64,000 bases of DNA from Macrostomum lignano (Eukaryota), in assembly GCA_002269645.1 (NCBI GenBank), contig NIVC01000678.1, positions 1 to 64,000 on the forward strand, written 5' to 3'. This document shows positions 1 to 13,717 of this stretch, in pieces. Every line of letters starts with the position of its first letter. Position 1 is the stretch's first letter. Position numbers and translations under genes: made by a program. Below the pieces are notes generated by a model. It saw only the letters and a list, made by a program, of their open reading frames with translations. It was not told the DNA's origin and made no database searches.

Positions 1-1
1 C

Positions 2-208
2 GCCATCCTGGATGCCGTTGAGTTGAATTTGTCCGCCAACCAGCGCCTGGCGGATCAGACCCGGCTGAAGTGGCGCTCCATGCAGACAGAGGCAGTTGAT
101 CAGCAACCTCGCAGGGGACCGCTCACCAAGTCGCTCGAGATGACGCTGAGGCCTATGGAAATCAGGACGTTTGAAATTCGAGTAGCTTACAAAGGCGGAA
201 CTCTGTAG
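2..208 (+). CDS. MAN2B1: Last coding exon (partial) of lysosomal alpha-mannosidase, GH38 C-terminus
   Basis: Frame 2 reads AILDAVELNLSANQRLADQTRLKWRS...MTLRPMEIRTFEIRV*. This matches the recalled MAN2B1 C-terminal pattern (ETTLxANQ...RLKW...ITLEPMEIRTF). Runs off the window start. Confidence 0.75.
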   Translation, partial: AILDAVELNLSANQRLADQTRLKWRSMQTEAVDQQPRRGPLTKSLEMTLRPMEIRTFEIRVAYKGGTL

Positions 209-3200
209 CCACACGTGTAATTATGGTCAGAATATGGACACTTGGTTGCCTAGATCAAGTTTTTTAACCCTTTCAAATTGATTAGATTTTTAAAATACAT
301 GTAAATGATTATATTATCCAAGACGAATCAGAAAATCTGCTTGTGAGCAATAGTTATTTTTCTTTGTGAAGTTGCTTTTATTCAGCATGATGTACACCTA
401 TTGGTGGGTGGTGCTAATGCAGCAGGTGCTCTAACATCGAGGACAAGCGCGTGTTCGTAGACTGTCTGTTGGAGGACGCTGCCCCAGTGTGTCTGTTTGT
501 TTCACAAACTTACAGATTCCTGCTATACAGATGTCGATCATTGCAGTTGATATCGCTTAGGCATTCCAGGATGTTCAATGCTGAGAGTCTAACACGCACA
601 TATATTTACGAATTGCCACACACCTGTGTAGGTACATTTGTACATAATAAGCAGTTGATCTAGTTTAGTGCAGCTTATGCTGGGTTCGGCCTTCAAAACA
701 TTTAATCGATGCCTCGAGGTAAAGCGAAGATATATGTGGCAGCAGCTAGGTCCTATATAATTAAGAGGTCAGCGAGAGACAAGCAGAGAGAACTTGAAGG
801 TAGAAATCAACTATTACGTAGATTAGCTAGGCTATCCGCCGCCACAACCCGTGTCCTCCTTTAACTGTCAATCTCGAGGACACAGCCGATTAAAGAAACG
901 TTGCCAAGACAAAATGGATCGCATTAACCGTATAGGGACAGAGAGGACATTTTGCAGGGGATTCTAGTACTGGCGAGTCATGATACAGTATACAGCAGAC
1001 GTTGGCAATTGTGAGCCATTAACCAAAAGTTTAATTAGTTTTTAAGTAGGCCTAGGTAAACCGAGTTTCAAACTCCTATAATTTTTGGAGCCAAAACGGC
1101 CCAAAAGTGACAGTCAGACGAGCATAGGTCATATAAAAACTAAAAAAATAGGAGAAAAAACACACTGAGAGTTGCTTTTCCAGACTTGTGACATCGATCC
1201 TTAAAGGTCCTCAAACCGCCGGCCATAAAGCCAGCCTATTCACTAAGAATGGGTGTTGCTTTGTGGGAAATTTCTAATCTAACGATGTTCCATACATAAA
1301 ACACGAAGTGCTCTAATAACACGAATTTTACTGTGATTCCAGTTCGCGTTGAATCCTGCATTTTATAATACATAAATAAACTTTTATTTACGTAATTCAC
1401 GCTTTTGGGATTTATTCGCACTGATTTAAATGACCATATTAGACATTTTTACTGAAACAAACTGAAACAGACATATCAGCAGTGAAATAAATCCGCCTTT
1501 CCCATTTTTAATTTCCTACTAAATTAGCACTTAATTAGTATTTAATTAGTTTCCTATCTAATACCTATTTAAATCGTCGTCATTCGCTTAACGTAAAGTC
1601 CCTTCGAAGTTCGTTTTTGTTCATTTTTCTTTCGTTTTTACTTTTATTAACTGCAATACTTTTTTTTAACTCCTTGCTTTTTCTTTCGCTTCGTTAGTCG
1701 TCCAAGTATCGTTAATAACTTTTCCGCGTTCTTTCAAATACCATTTTGCAAAACTCGTACTAATCATAATTAAATAACTAGTGCTAAAATATTGTCTCCT
1801 ATTCCTGAAGCAATCTTAAATACATAGAAATATATTGGCCAAACAGGCTTCTTGCCTGAGCCAACTTACTACTACTACTCTTTGGCTTAAAAGCATCCCT
1901 AGTCCCTGATTACTCAAATGAACGATACCATCATGTCTCATTAATATATTTAAATAGTTGTAAATTATCCAAAAATACTTGCTATTCAACTTCTCCCTGT
2001 TTTTTTTTCTGTCTACTTCATTGTGAGACTGAGAGGTTGATTCAAGTGCAATACAATTACTAGGTACTGCCGTTGCCGTTGCCGGGTCCCGGGTCAAGTG
2101 GACCTGCACCTGCATAACGTTCGCTAACCATTTTACGGTAGGCCTACATATTAAAAAAATAGTCTTTATATTAGAGGTCAAATTTCCAGTAGGCCTAACC
2201 AGACATTTCGTTTTGTCAATGTCAACCAGCACTTCATCGACTAGGGCCTAGGCCTAGCATTTTGTCAACTGTATGAAAGCAGCAAAGCTCAATAAAATGC
2301 TCAAAGTATCGCACCAGTGTTTCAGTCGCGGTAAAACCATTTCTTGCTGCTGTTGCAGTTGAATCCATCCTTATCACACTTGATGCCTTGCCTTGGCTTT
2401 TGGTAAGCAGGGCACAGCGCACAGGTGCAGATCCAGTTTATTTGAATGGGGTGCGTATTACTAAGGTACATGTATTTTATATCATACATCTACAATACTA
2501 CATGATAATGCATGAGCCTATTACCCATAGAAAAAAATAAATAGAAATTAAACTTCATGGGTAGGCCTACTGTGCATCCTGTATGCCTCCCCCTAAATCC
2601 ATTAAGGTTAATGCCAAGCTTAGTTATTCTGGCTACTAATAATAGGCCTAGGCCCTAATAATAAAGAGCCTTGCAAAGTGAAAACTTAAATAAGGTATTT
2701 AAGTATTAGCTCTAAGTCTTATGCTATAGTAATAAAAACCTTAAAGTCTTTAATTGCTAGATAGAACCTAGGCCTCTATATTGGCAGCTTTTTTCCTTTT
2801 AAATAGGCCTACTAATTTCATTAGAAATATCATAAAATTTGCCTATTTACTTATTTAAATCAACCAAGATAGGACCTAGGATAAAAGATTTTTCATGTCA
2901 ATAGGAAATAAAAAATCTATTAAGACAAATTTTATTCTTGCATTCAAAATGTCAAAAAAGACAAAAGGTTACTATAAATGCAAATTTTTTCTTTTTCCTT
3001 AGTTAGAACTTAAAAAATAAATTTGTCTATGGCTTGTTTATTGCTAAGCTTGGCTTTAAATAATTGGCTTAGGCCTATAATTCTATAATATTTGCTAGGT
3101 CTAAATACCTTTTTTGCATTGCATAGATCTAATAAGTATAATAAAGGTCTAATAAAAATATTTTTTTGGATTATGATCTTATTTTTACCTCATAGCTAAA

Positions 3201-4156
3201 GGTATTCACATTAGCATTTGCTAACTTGACTTGATATTTTAATAAGTGTAACAAGTGTTTAAAATAAAAAGTTCAACATATTTGTTTTTGTAGACAAATT
3301 AGTTATTATAATTGTAATATAGGGGTCTATATAAATGATCTACATGATTTTGCACAAAAATATAAATTCTTAAAAAGTCTTATTTTTTAAACCATGCCAT
3401 GTCCTTCTATTATATAGTTTAAATGGATTATTAAATTTTAATCTAAAATTCGCCTTGTAATACTGCTTAGAATTTTTTATATAGATTATATGTCTAATAC
3501 TAATAGTTTGACTAAATTGTATCTAAAAAATCTATTAAAAAATCATATTGTAGAACATTTTGTCAGTTTGTCAATATCATTAAGTCTTTAATGATAAGTA
3601 ATAAATAATAATATTTAATTAGCTTTTGTTTTCTAAATATTTGCTATCAAAATTTAATAACCTTTTATCCAAAAATAAACTGCTATACCAGAAATTTTTG
3701 GTATGAAGTTGCTTTGGGTTCTTTAAAATATTTTGCTTGTATATTGTTTGTTGCAAAATTTTCTGATAGATTGGTAATGGTAATTATAATAAAATCAATA
3801 GTATTAAAGTAATCATTAGACAAATCCAAAGCAGAAAGTTGCATAATTATTTTATGTTGGACATAAAATGAGCATATTTTATGCTTTATATGTTGGCTGA
3901 GTAATTGCATTTAAAATTATTAATAAGTCAATCTTTTTTTCATTTCTGTTTCCAATCAAGTTCTGGTAACAAAAGCCAGAATCTAAATTTAGGTGTATTT
4001 TTTCTGATTTTCTACTATAAGTAGCAAAATTGCATCGCCTAAATTGAAAACATGCCATTGTTCCAATTGCTGCCTTAGCAACAGTGCAAGCATTCGAACA
4101 GCCATTTAGGCCATCATGATCTTTCAAAAGACCGTTAATAATCGTTTCTATGCCAG

Positions 4157-7100
4157 CCCTAGTGGCGCCCCAGCTAAGCCAGACCCGCCTGGCATTGTGC
4201 CAGCTGGCCCTCCAGCTACTGGTCTGCCTAAGCTGCTGTCGCTCACTACTCAGGCATCGTCTAGCATTATCTCTGTGGCTGGCGGCGGCGGAAGCGCTGC
4301 CGGCGGTGGAGGCGGCGGTGCGGCCGGAGCGGACAGCCAAGCTGGGGTGGGCCGGCCGGCCGGCGAGTTCATGCACATCGCTGCCGTGGCCAAGCCGCAT
4401 ACGGACGACATTCTGCAGTTTAGAATTCGCTCATCCAACAATGCGCCAGGTTTGTCCTCATACATGCGCAACCCCTGATTTACACTGGCCATGCGACTTA
4501 CTTTTTGACCAAAAATGTGACTTACATGTGAAAGAAAGAGCAAAATTAAAGCAATTTTGGGTAAACGGCAGGAGTAACAATGACTGTTATATAAGGGCTA
4601 AATACCTCGTCATCTAGTTAGTACTACATATTAGTATTAGTACTATGGCTATGAATTGAATTTGGATAATATCTCTATTAGAATGTGGATATGCTTTTGC
4701 AGAGCCTACTATTAGTAATATTAAACTAACCATGCGCCATACTTTATAATCATTAGCGGCGGCAGCGGCGGCAGCGGCGGCCGCCCAGGACCCTCTGGCA
4801 CAGAGCCAATCAGCTGGCAAGGCCGGCCTCGGCCTGCGTCAGGCGCCGTCAATTCTGCGCAAACGCGGCACTGAACTTGCCACTGCGGCGGCGGGCGCGG
4901 CCGGCGCCAACAACGCCAATTCCGGCGCTAATCGAGCCGGCGACCCGGCCGGTGCTGCGGACGCCAGTCCGAGAAAGCGGGCCCGGAAACAGCAGCTGCA
5001 GCCGGACTCCGCTTCCCAGCTGCTGGCCGCCGCTGCTGCTGCCGCCGCCGCTGCCTCCGCTGGCAGCATCGAAGCGCTGGCGCCGCAGGCTCAGCCTGCA
5101 TTGACTCCGGCGTCTGCGGCATCACCATCCAGCGCAATGTCCCCGGCCGGCGCTGCCACCATGCTGTACCGTCAGAATCATTCGCAGCCACCGCCAGCCG
5201 ATCCAGGCGGCGGTCGGGCGCTTCCAGCTGGCGCGGCCGCCGCTGCTGCGTTCGCCTCGCCGGCGCTGCCGAACCAGACGCTGCCAGCTGGCTCGGCTCC
5301 GGCCAGCGTCCGGCTGACCCGACCGGTCCCGACCGGACAAACGGCCGGCCCGATTCGCCTAGTAAAGGAGGAGCTGGTGCTGGCGGACGCGGATATTGCG
5401 CTGGGGTCGCACGAGAATGTCGGGCCGGACTCGCCAGCCTGCAGTCCGGAGGATGAGCAGTACAGGCGGATGCTGCGGGTACTCCAGGAGGAGCCTTGCA
5501 GGCCGCAGGTTTGTTGCCATTTTGCTGTTTGATTGCACTGCTTGACCTGAGAGAGAAGAGGGTGAGAAAGGAGAGGGGAGGTCAGAAAGGCGAGGGGAGA
5601 TGAGAAACGAGAGGGAAGATAAGAAAGGCGAGGGGAGATGAGAAACGAGAGGGGAGATAAGAAACGAGAGGGGAGATAAGAAACGAGAGGGGAGATGAGA
5701 AACGAGAGGGGAGATAAGATTAGAAAGGAGAGAGGAGATGAGAAACGAGAGGGGAGATACGATGAGAAAGGAGAGGGGAGATTAGAAAGGAGAGAGGAGA
5801 TAAGAAAGGCGAGGGGAGATGAGAAACGAGAGTGGAGATGAGAAAATCGAGGGGAGATGAGAAAGGCGAGGGGAGATGAGAAACTAGAGGGGAGATAAGA
5901 TGAGAAAGGAGAAAGGAGATGAGAAAGGAGAGGGGATATGAGAAAGGAGAGGGGAGATGAGAAAGGAGAGGGGAGATGAGATGAGAAAGGAGAGGGGAGA
6001 TGAGAAAGGTGAGGGGAGATGAGAAAGGAGAGGGGAGATGAGAAAGGAGAGGGGAGATAAGAAAGGAGAGGGGAGATGAGAAAGGAGAGGGGAGATGAGA
6101 AAGGAGAGGGGAGATGAGAAAGGAGAGGGGAGATGAGAAAGGAGAGGGGAGATGAGATGATAAAGGAGAGGGGAGATGAGAAAGGTGAGGGGAGATGAGA
6201 AAGGAGAGGGGAGATGAGAAAGGAGAGGGGAGATGAGAAAGGAGAGGGGAGATGAGAAAGGAGAGGGGAGATAAGAAAGGAGAGGGGAGATGAGAAAGGA
6301 GAGGGGAGATGAGAAAGGGAAGGGGAGATGAGAAAGGAGAGGGGAGATGAGAAAGGAGAGGGGAGATGAGAAAGGAGAGGGGAGATGAGAAAGGTGAGGG
6401 GAGATGAGAAAGGAGAGGGGAGATAAGAAAGGAGAGGGGAGATGAGAAAGGAGAGGGGAGATGAGAAAGGGAAGGGGAGATGAGAAAGGAGAGGGGAGAT
6501 GAGAAAGGAGAGGGGAGATGAGAAAGGCGAGGGGAGATGAGAAACTAGAGGGGAGATAAGATGAGAAAGGAGAGGGGAGATGAGAAAGAGGAGGGGAGAT
6601 GAGAAAGGGAAGGGGAGATGAGAAAGGAGAGGGGAGATGAGAAAGGAGAGGGGAGATGAGAAAGGAGAGGGGAGATGAGAAAGGAGAGGGGAGATGAGAA
6701 AGGAGAGGGGAGATAAGAAAGGAGAGGGGAGATGAGAAAGGAGAGGGGACAGAGTGCAGAAGAGGCACGAACCTTGAGCAGGCCGGATTGCTATTGTGAA
6801 GTTTCAAAGAACCTAATGGCCGGATAGAGAGGCTTCGTGGGCCGGAGTTTGCCAACCCTGTGTTGAGAGCTGGTTTTCATTTTGAAAATTGTCTGAAAAG
6901 CTATAGAATTATTAGTAGTTTGTTGTAGCAGTCTGGAATGGAAACTGCTGCATTAAACAACTGACCGAATTTCTTTGCTAATTGATTCTAAAAAACTCTG
7001 GGACGAGTCTTGAGTGGCAATCAATAAAATGTCTTATTTGGCGCGAATTTAAATTGAACAAACTGCTGTAGAATGGCCTCATCAAAGCTGCATTTCCCTA

Positions 7101-7818
7101 CTCTGTTAATCACCCAACCCTCTCCGTACAGGTGTTCAGCCGGCCCCGAGCCTGCCTCCTGCCTCCCGAGCAGCTCTGTCCGGCTCCGGCCGACCGTGGC
7201 CGCGCCCGTCTCGGCCATTTCCTTCGGCCGGCCGACGTCCGCCGAATTCCTCCGTCGAAGCGGCCGAGCCCGATCGAGCTGGGCCGCTCGGCCCGGGGCC
7301 TGGCCGACTGCCGGCGGGTCTGCAGCCTCGCCGACGGACTTGACGATCTGCGAGCCAGCGAGGAGCGCCTGGCCGCTCGCCTGGTTGCCGTCTCCCGCCG
7401 GCTGGCACCGTCTGGCAGCTCGCCAGCCGGCTGCGCCGCCGCCATGGCGCTGTCATCGCCGGACAAAAATTCGGCGGCTGCCGGCCCGGCGCCTCTGCTG
7501 CAGGCGTCCGCCCAGCCTAGCCGGGTGCTGGCCGAGCTGCTGGCTCGGACACGGGCGATGCTGTTGGACTTGCTGTCCGCACACGCGCCCGCAGCTTTTG
7601 TCGCGATGCGTTCGGCCATGGCCGCCGCTTCTGGATCCGCCTCGTCGTCCTCTTCGTCCGCAGCGGCAGCAGCGTCCATAGCTGACGACGAGCGGGCCTC
7701 GTCTGTCGCCTCGCCGACTTTCGCCAACGTCGAGGTGGACAGCGCACGAAATCGTTCAAGTAGGCGGCGTCGGCGGACCACGTCGATAAGTCGAGGCGAA
7801 GTCAGCGACGCCAGCTAG
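4157..7818 (+). CDS. SAP130: Low-complexity Ala/Gly/Pro-rich nuclear protein, SAP130-like; exons 4157-4449, 4757-5508, 7132-7818; 5' exon(s) not located
   Basis: GT-AG junctions are phase-compatible (phase 1 at 4449/4757, phase 0 at 5508/7132). Motifs PSILRKR, ASPRKRARKQQ, LVKEE and RARLGHFLRPADVR occur in the same order as recalled SAP130 motifs PSILRKK, ASPRKKPRKQQ and KAAYHHFQRYSDVR. Exon structure is firmer than the family call. Confidence 0.55.
5545..6750. repeat. 19-bp purine-rich minisatellite (GAGAAAGGAGAGGGGAGAT)n in an intron of the SAP130-like gene
   Basis: Directly visible tandem array between donor 5509 and acceptor 7131. Confidence 0.95.
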
Positions 7819-9644
7819 CTGGGGCTCTTCAATTAATTGTGAGCCCAGTGAAATTATTTAGATTGCGAGGCGCTATCGTTACTACTGTCAGCTCAGTAGT
7901 TGCAACGCAGTGGCAACACGGCCTTCTTTCTACATTGTTTTGTTAATAATTAACTGGCCAAGTTCTGTAAAAATGGGAGCGAATTTGAAGCAATCGCTAA
8001 ATTCATATTTTGACTTGCACGCATTGCTTTCTGTTGTTAGTAGCTATATATTTGCAATGTCCAAAATCAGCTTGGCAGTGATGCGAGAGATAATGCCCCC
8101 GCCAACTTGGCAGCTTTGTTTTTCCATTTAGCAAATGCGTTTGTCCCTAAAGCTACAGCACAGTTTTACTTGTTAGATTTGATTGTGTCATTTTAATTAG
8201 CCTCTTAATATGCATTTTGAAATGCATTGACCTCTTATCCCCCCTCTTAAATCGTTATGGTCAAACTCTAGTTCTCCTATGGTCTCTTCAAAGTGCTTGT
8301 GTATAACAGTGTAAATTATATCAGTCGTGTCTGGATCGACCGGTTTGGATCTCTTTTAAATCAACTTCTGTCTCGCTTCTTTTTTAATTGTCCATTTAGA
8401 TTGTTTGGTTAGTGTCATTGCTAATTGTTCTATACGTTATCCCTGATAGTAGCCGTATGAACGTGCGATAAAGTAGCTGTTTTTTTACAACAAACTCATT
8501 TCCATTGACCTCCACATACGTAAATTAATTTATTACAGTAAAAGCAATATAATTTGTATAATAATAAAACGCGAATTTCATTATAAAGTTCTTCTATGTA
8601 CTTTTATTGTTGGTGTGAATTATCCTTAACTATCTGAATATATTTATCTCTCTTTTGGATTATGTTTTTCAGCACTTTCTTGATCTGATCTGCTTCTGTT
8701 TGCTTGTTGTTCTCTAACATAGATTGTGCTTATAAAAATCGCATGAAATTTGCTGCAATTGCTCTCTGCAGCAAGTGCTCTTCTATTGCGCGCCCAGGGC
8801 AGCTTTTTGTAGAGCCAAATTTTATAAAAATATTATTTGCAACTGGTTTCCCTTTATTGATTCTGATATAATGCTTGGTCTGTATTGTTCATGCTCTATT
8901 GTCGGGATTCCCCTTTGTCGCCTTGAACCTGCTTACTTACATAAATCAGCAATTTCTATTCGTTTCTTACTTTTTCATCCCGTGACTGACTCTAGGAAAG
9001 TTCTAATGTAATTACTGTAACTCTTGAGCAAGATTGTTTTTAAACATATGCTCGATGTCCGGCATGTATGTACATGTATGCCTTTAGAACAAGGGGCTTT
9101 TTGCAAAGTATTTTTGCAGTTCCTTCAGTTTCTATAAATAAATATATATCAACCATATGATGTAATTTCACTGTACATAACGTATATTTTAGGAAATCAA
9201 TAAATCAAAAAATTAATGGAATTCTGTTTTTTGCTTTATTTTTATATTTTACGGCCGATGCTCTTCGACAAGCAAGATATATAGAAAATATTGAGATTTA
9301 CTTGTCGGTTAAAGCACGCTACGGTAGCCAGCGATAGCTCAAGCAATATATTTTTAAGGGAGCTGTACCACGTGCAAAAATGTACCAATCGAAAAAAATT
9401 GACATTAAATTTGTTACACGAAAATTTAGACCCATATAGCGTAGTCCGTGTCTACAGGAGCGCAATATACATGTGCGTTTAAGCTGCCGATTGTGAAGGA
9501 ATTCACCAGGATGCCATTAAAATCTTTGTGCGTGAAATTTGTGCGTGCGTCGACTTTAGTCGTGAGTTGCTTTTTTAAAGTAGCTTTTCTTCGAATCGTA
9601 CTGCCTGCAGTACGTTCGTCCCGACTTTTGTGAAATTCAGAATT

Positions 9645-9830
9645 GTAATACTAATATACTAAAAATGAGTTGTCTGTCGGTAGGTAGGTATGCGATAGAT
9701 TTCAGAAAAAATGGCTCAACCGATTTTCTTCAAATTTGCACCATTCGATCAGAAATTTTCCTGGGACGGTACATGCATCTTGGCTAAGAAATTGCTCAAT
9801 GTTAAAAGCATTAAATATTTGTAATACTAA
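9645..9830 (+). mobile_element. Possible 5' end of a non-autonomous Helitron-like element
   Basis: ATACTAATATACTAAAAATGAG, then a short (GGTA)/CTGT microsatellite, then GGCTCAACCGATTTTCTTCAAATTTG. Layout resembles recalled non-autonomous Helitron 5' ends. No CTAG 3' end found. Confidence 0.3.
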
Positions 9831-11109
9831 AGCTAAAGGTAGTGACTTCTCTAAGAGTCCCTTGATTTTAAAGTAGGGCCTATGCATGCAAAAGTCAAAT
9901 TTGAATAAAAAGTAGGTTTTTTGCAAGGCAGTTGCATCATGTTTAACAGTTTAATAGGGGCATAGGGCCAAAAACTAAGTTTAATAGGTTTTTAAATTTT
10001 TACTTGGTCAACAAAGGAAAAAATAAAAGAAGCTAGGTTTTAGTCTAGGTTTGGTCTTAAAAGTTTTTAAGGTAATTGAGCACTTTAAGAAAGTTGTGAA
10101 CTTATATTATGCTTAGGCCTATCTATGAAGGCCATGAAGGGTCATATGCAAAATTAGTTTTTGAAACCCTAATATTATCTTAGACTTAGGCCTATCTTTG
10201 ACTGCAGATTAAATATAGATTTATCATCTATCTTGGCTATACTTAAGACAAAATAATTAGAATTCAATATGCATAGGGATTGCTATTAAAATGACTATTT
10301 AGGACCTATTTAGGTACTATACAAAAATGACCAAGTTTAAGTTTTAGTGTAGTCCCTATGTGCATAGGCCTAGTTGAGAAGCTAAATTTTGATCAAAAGA
10401 AGTAGAATATAGGCCTATTCTAAAAAGTAAATAAAAATAAATTAAAATTTGTTGTATTTAACTTTTCTAAGAAAAAAGACTAAAAGTAGGCCTAGGCCTA
10501 AAACAAAAATAATTAAATAAACTAGTTCCCTACAATTTTAATAAAATATTACCCAGTTTTCATTTACTTTTTTTGCATAGATTAAAAACCTAAGCTCTAA
10601 ATATAGTTGGCCAATTTTCATTTTTGTTTTAGTATAAAGCCTATAAAAGCTAAAGAAACAAATTTCATTCTAGCATGCACTAGTATATAATCTAGATATT
10701 GGTCTATATATTATCATTTTGTTTTAAATAGCAAGAAAAAATATTAGGCCTATAAATAGATGATAGCTAAAAGCCAAACCAAATAAACTTGTTCTTATTT
10801 ATCTACAAGCTGTTGAAACCTGCGGATTTTGAACCCAGGGAATTCCAATACCTGGAACTTTACTTTTGCATGTATTCTGAAATCTAAGGCCATACACAAA
10901 AAAATTTGTTAATAGTTAGTAGGATAGAGGTAGACATAAAATGGAGCACATTCGTGTAAAATTAGGATTTGAGGAAAAAATTGATACTGTTGGCTGGGGT
11001 ACTGCGCAGAATGTCAGGCGAAATGTCTGTTTGACTCTAAAACATGTATTGGCAAACTCTGGCCTCTCCCTGACTCTCCCTACATCCCTTGGATCCTTTA
11101 AAATTTCTA

Positions 11110-11553
11110 TCGTCTCTTCTGTTTCCTTTCTTCTCTCTCATCCCATCTCTCCTCTCTCCTCTCTCCCCTCTTCTCTCGTATCTTCCCTCATCTCTCTTCT
11201 CTTTCATCTCTCTTATCTCATTTCTTGTCTCTTCTTTTCTCTCTCCTCTCCTCTCTCCCCCCCTTTTCTCGTCTCTCCCTTCTCCTCTCTATTCTTTTCT
11301 CTTTTCTCTTAACTCTCTCCTCTAATCTCTCATCTCTCCTCTTTACTCTTTTCTCTCTCTCTCCTCTCATCTCTTCTTTCCTCTCTCCTCTCTCTTTCTC
11401 CTCTCTTCTCTATTCTCTTCCCTCACCTCTTTTCTCTCTCGTCTAGTTGCTCTATCATCTTTCCTTTCTCCTCTTTTATCTTTTCTCTCTTATCTCTTCT
11501 CATTTCTCTCTGTTCCCCTCCCTCTCTCTCCCTCCCTCCCTCCCTGTCCCTCC

Positions 11554-11652
<99 letters not shown>

Positions 11653-12500
11653 TATCTCTCCTCTCCCATCTCTCTTCTCCTCTCTACTCTCTCCCCTCTT
11701 CATTGTCCTATTTCCTCTGCTCTCTCCCTGTCTCTCCTCTCTCCTCTAGTCTCTGTAATCTCTTCTCTCTTATCTCTCCTCTGTTCTCTCTACTCTCCCA
11801 TCTCTCATCTGCTCTCTCATCTGTCATCTTTACTCACTTATACATTCTCTCACTTATCTCCTCTGTACTCTTCTCTTTCACCTCTTCTGACTCCTCTCTT
11901 TCCTTTCTCCTCTCTTCTTTTCTCTTCCTTCTATACTCTCTCTCCTCTATTATCTTCTCTCGTCTCTCTGCACTCTCCTCTCACCTTTTTCATCTCTTAT
12001 CTTTACTCTCTCATCTCTCCTTTAATCTGTCTCATCTCTGCAATCTCATCTCTTTCCTCTCTTCTCCTCTTCCCTTTACTCTCTCATCTCTCCTTTCTCC
12101 CCTCTTCTTACACCCCTCTCTTATCACTATCTCTTCTCTTCTCACTCCTCTCTCCCTATCTTATCTCCTCTCTTCTCTATCCTTTCTACTCTCTCCTCTC
12201 TAATCTCTCCTTTCCTATTGACCCTGTCCTCTTCTTTCTGCTCTCTAATCTCTACTATCTTCTCACTCTTCTCTACTCTCCTCTCATTGATCCTCTATCT
12301 CATCTCTCCCCTCTTCTCACCTTTACTCTTTCCTCTCCCTCCTTTCTCCCCTCCTCTCGCTTCTTCCTCCCTTCTTCTCTGCTCTCTCCTCGTCCTCATC
12401 ACTTGTCTCTTCCTCTTACTCGTATGTTTAATGTTTTCTCAGATCCCCCTCTCGCCTCTCCTCTCTTCTAATAGTCTATTCCTTCTCCTTTCCACTCTCA
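11110..12500. repeat. Degenerate pyrimidine (CT-rich) low-complexity tract with a near-perfect (CT)n core at about 11560-11650
   Basis: Visible composition. Confidence 0.9.
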
Positions 12501-13239
12501 TCTGGCCCGCACATAAGCTGGATTCTTTATCTGGCTTTTGAAGTAAAAATCTGCCCATTCCTGCTTGGAAAGCCAGTTTGTGGGACGTAGTACTCTCATG
12601 GCTGTTCTCATGCTTTGATCATGTCATCTTTCTTGCCAATTTGCAGTCTTGAAAAGAATCTGTGTATCTTCAGCTCCACTGCAGTCTGCATCAGTCTAAC
12701 AATCAAGGAAATACGCATTTCTTAGGAGGACATTTAAAATTTAAAGTACTTTTAAGAGAAACTTAAAATTTCCATGGTGTGCCTAATTTATTAGGGTTGT
12801 ATTGCATTGCATCGCCTTTTCATAAATCTTTCACTTTTACAAACCATGCCAGATTGCCTTGATTTGCCAATTGCCATCCTCTGTTAAACTGCTGCAGAGT
12901 TTGCCAATATAGAGGTGAGGGCAGTGGTTAGAATTTCTCACTAAACTGTTGTGGCTAAACGTAGCCTCCACGGGGGTGCAAAGAAGGATATAAAGAAAGC
13001 TATTCCAAAACACTGTACATTTGCTATGTACATTGAGTCCCATTGCCTGACCCTTGGTCTGGCTCTGGGGGAATGAGTGAGTGAGTGGCACAAACAACAG
13101 AAAAAGCAGACAAACTTCACATGCTTACAGTTTCTGTTCTGATTGGGTTACAGAGTTGAAACTTTACATGTAAGCAGAGAATGAGTCAATGAAAAATTGT
13201 GTCAAGTTTGAAGTCAATCGCTTTACGTGAAGCAAACTT

Positions 13240-13717
13240 ATGGCAGCTGAAAGTTAGTCAATTTTGAAACCCCTTTTACACATCTAGGCCCAGTTCAAGA
13301 AAGAGAGGCAGGCGGGCAGAGGTTGGGGTGGTTGCTACGCTGAAAAAAACAGCCTAACTTAGAAAGTGCACAGCGCCGTTCAGAATTGACTTTGAGACTC
13401 AAAATTTTACATGATCGTGCCAAAATAGTTGAAGATTGTCTGTGTCAAATTTGAAGAGAATCGGTAGAAGTAGAGTGGCGCTATGGAGGATTTAGTGAAA
13501 AAATCGCGCATTTTGAGCAGTTTTTTGTACTTTTAGGTAGGAAGACTCAAATTTAGGAAATTAAAAGGTAGCCTAAGACATTCTCTGTAGTAAGTTTAGG
13601 GTGGGTGTAAAGTTTGGTGTCATTTGGTTGAGCGGTTTGGGAGTCCATAGCGAAGTAATTTGTCCACAGACAGACAGACAGACAGACAGACAGAGTTTTG
13701 ATTTTTATATGTATAGA
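13240..13717 (-). mobile_element. Non-autonomous Helitron-like element, 5' terminus at 13717
   Basis: Minus strand reads A|TCTATACATATAAAAATCAAAACT(CTGT)n...CCGCTCAACCAAATGACACCAAACTT. This gives a 5'-TC terminus followed by a CTGT microsatellite. The 3' CTAG/hairpin was not identified, so the left boundary is approximate. Confidence 0.45.

Noticed and set aside
451-663. ORF with FVDCLLEDA, similar to the LINE motif FVDCLLADV at 40480
   Set aside because: The match is only about 9 residues with no tail or other LINE features.
2064-2403. GC-rich patch and a possible small exon (2359-2402) as upstream SAP130-like exons
   Set aside because: No phase-compatible open frame with a start codon could be established.
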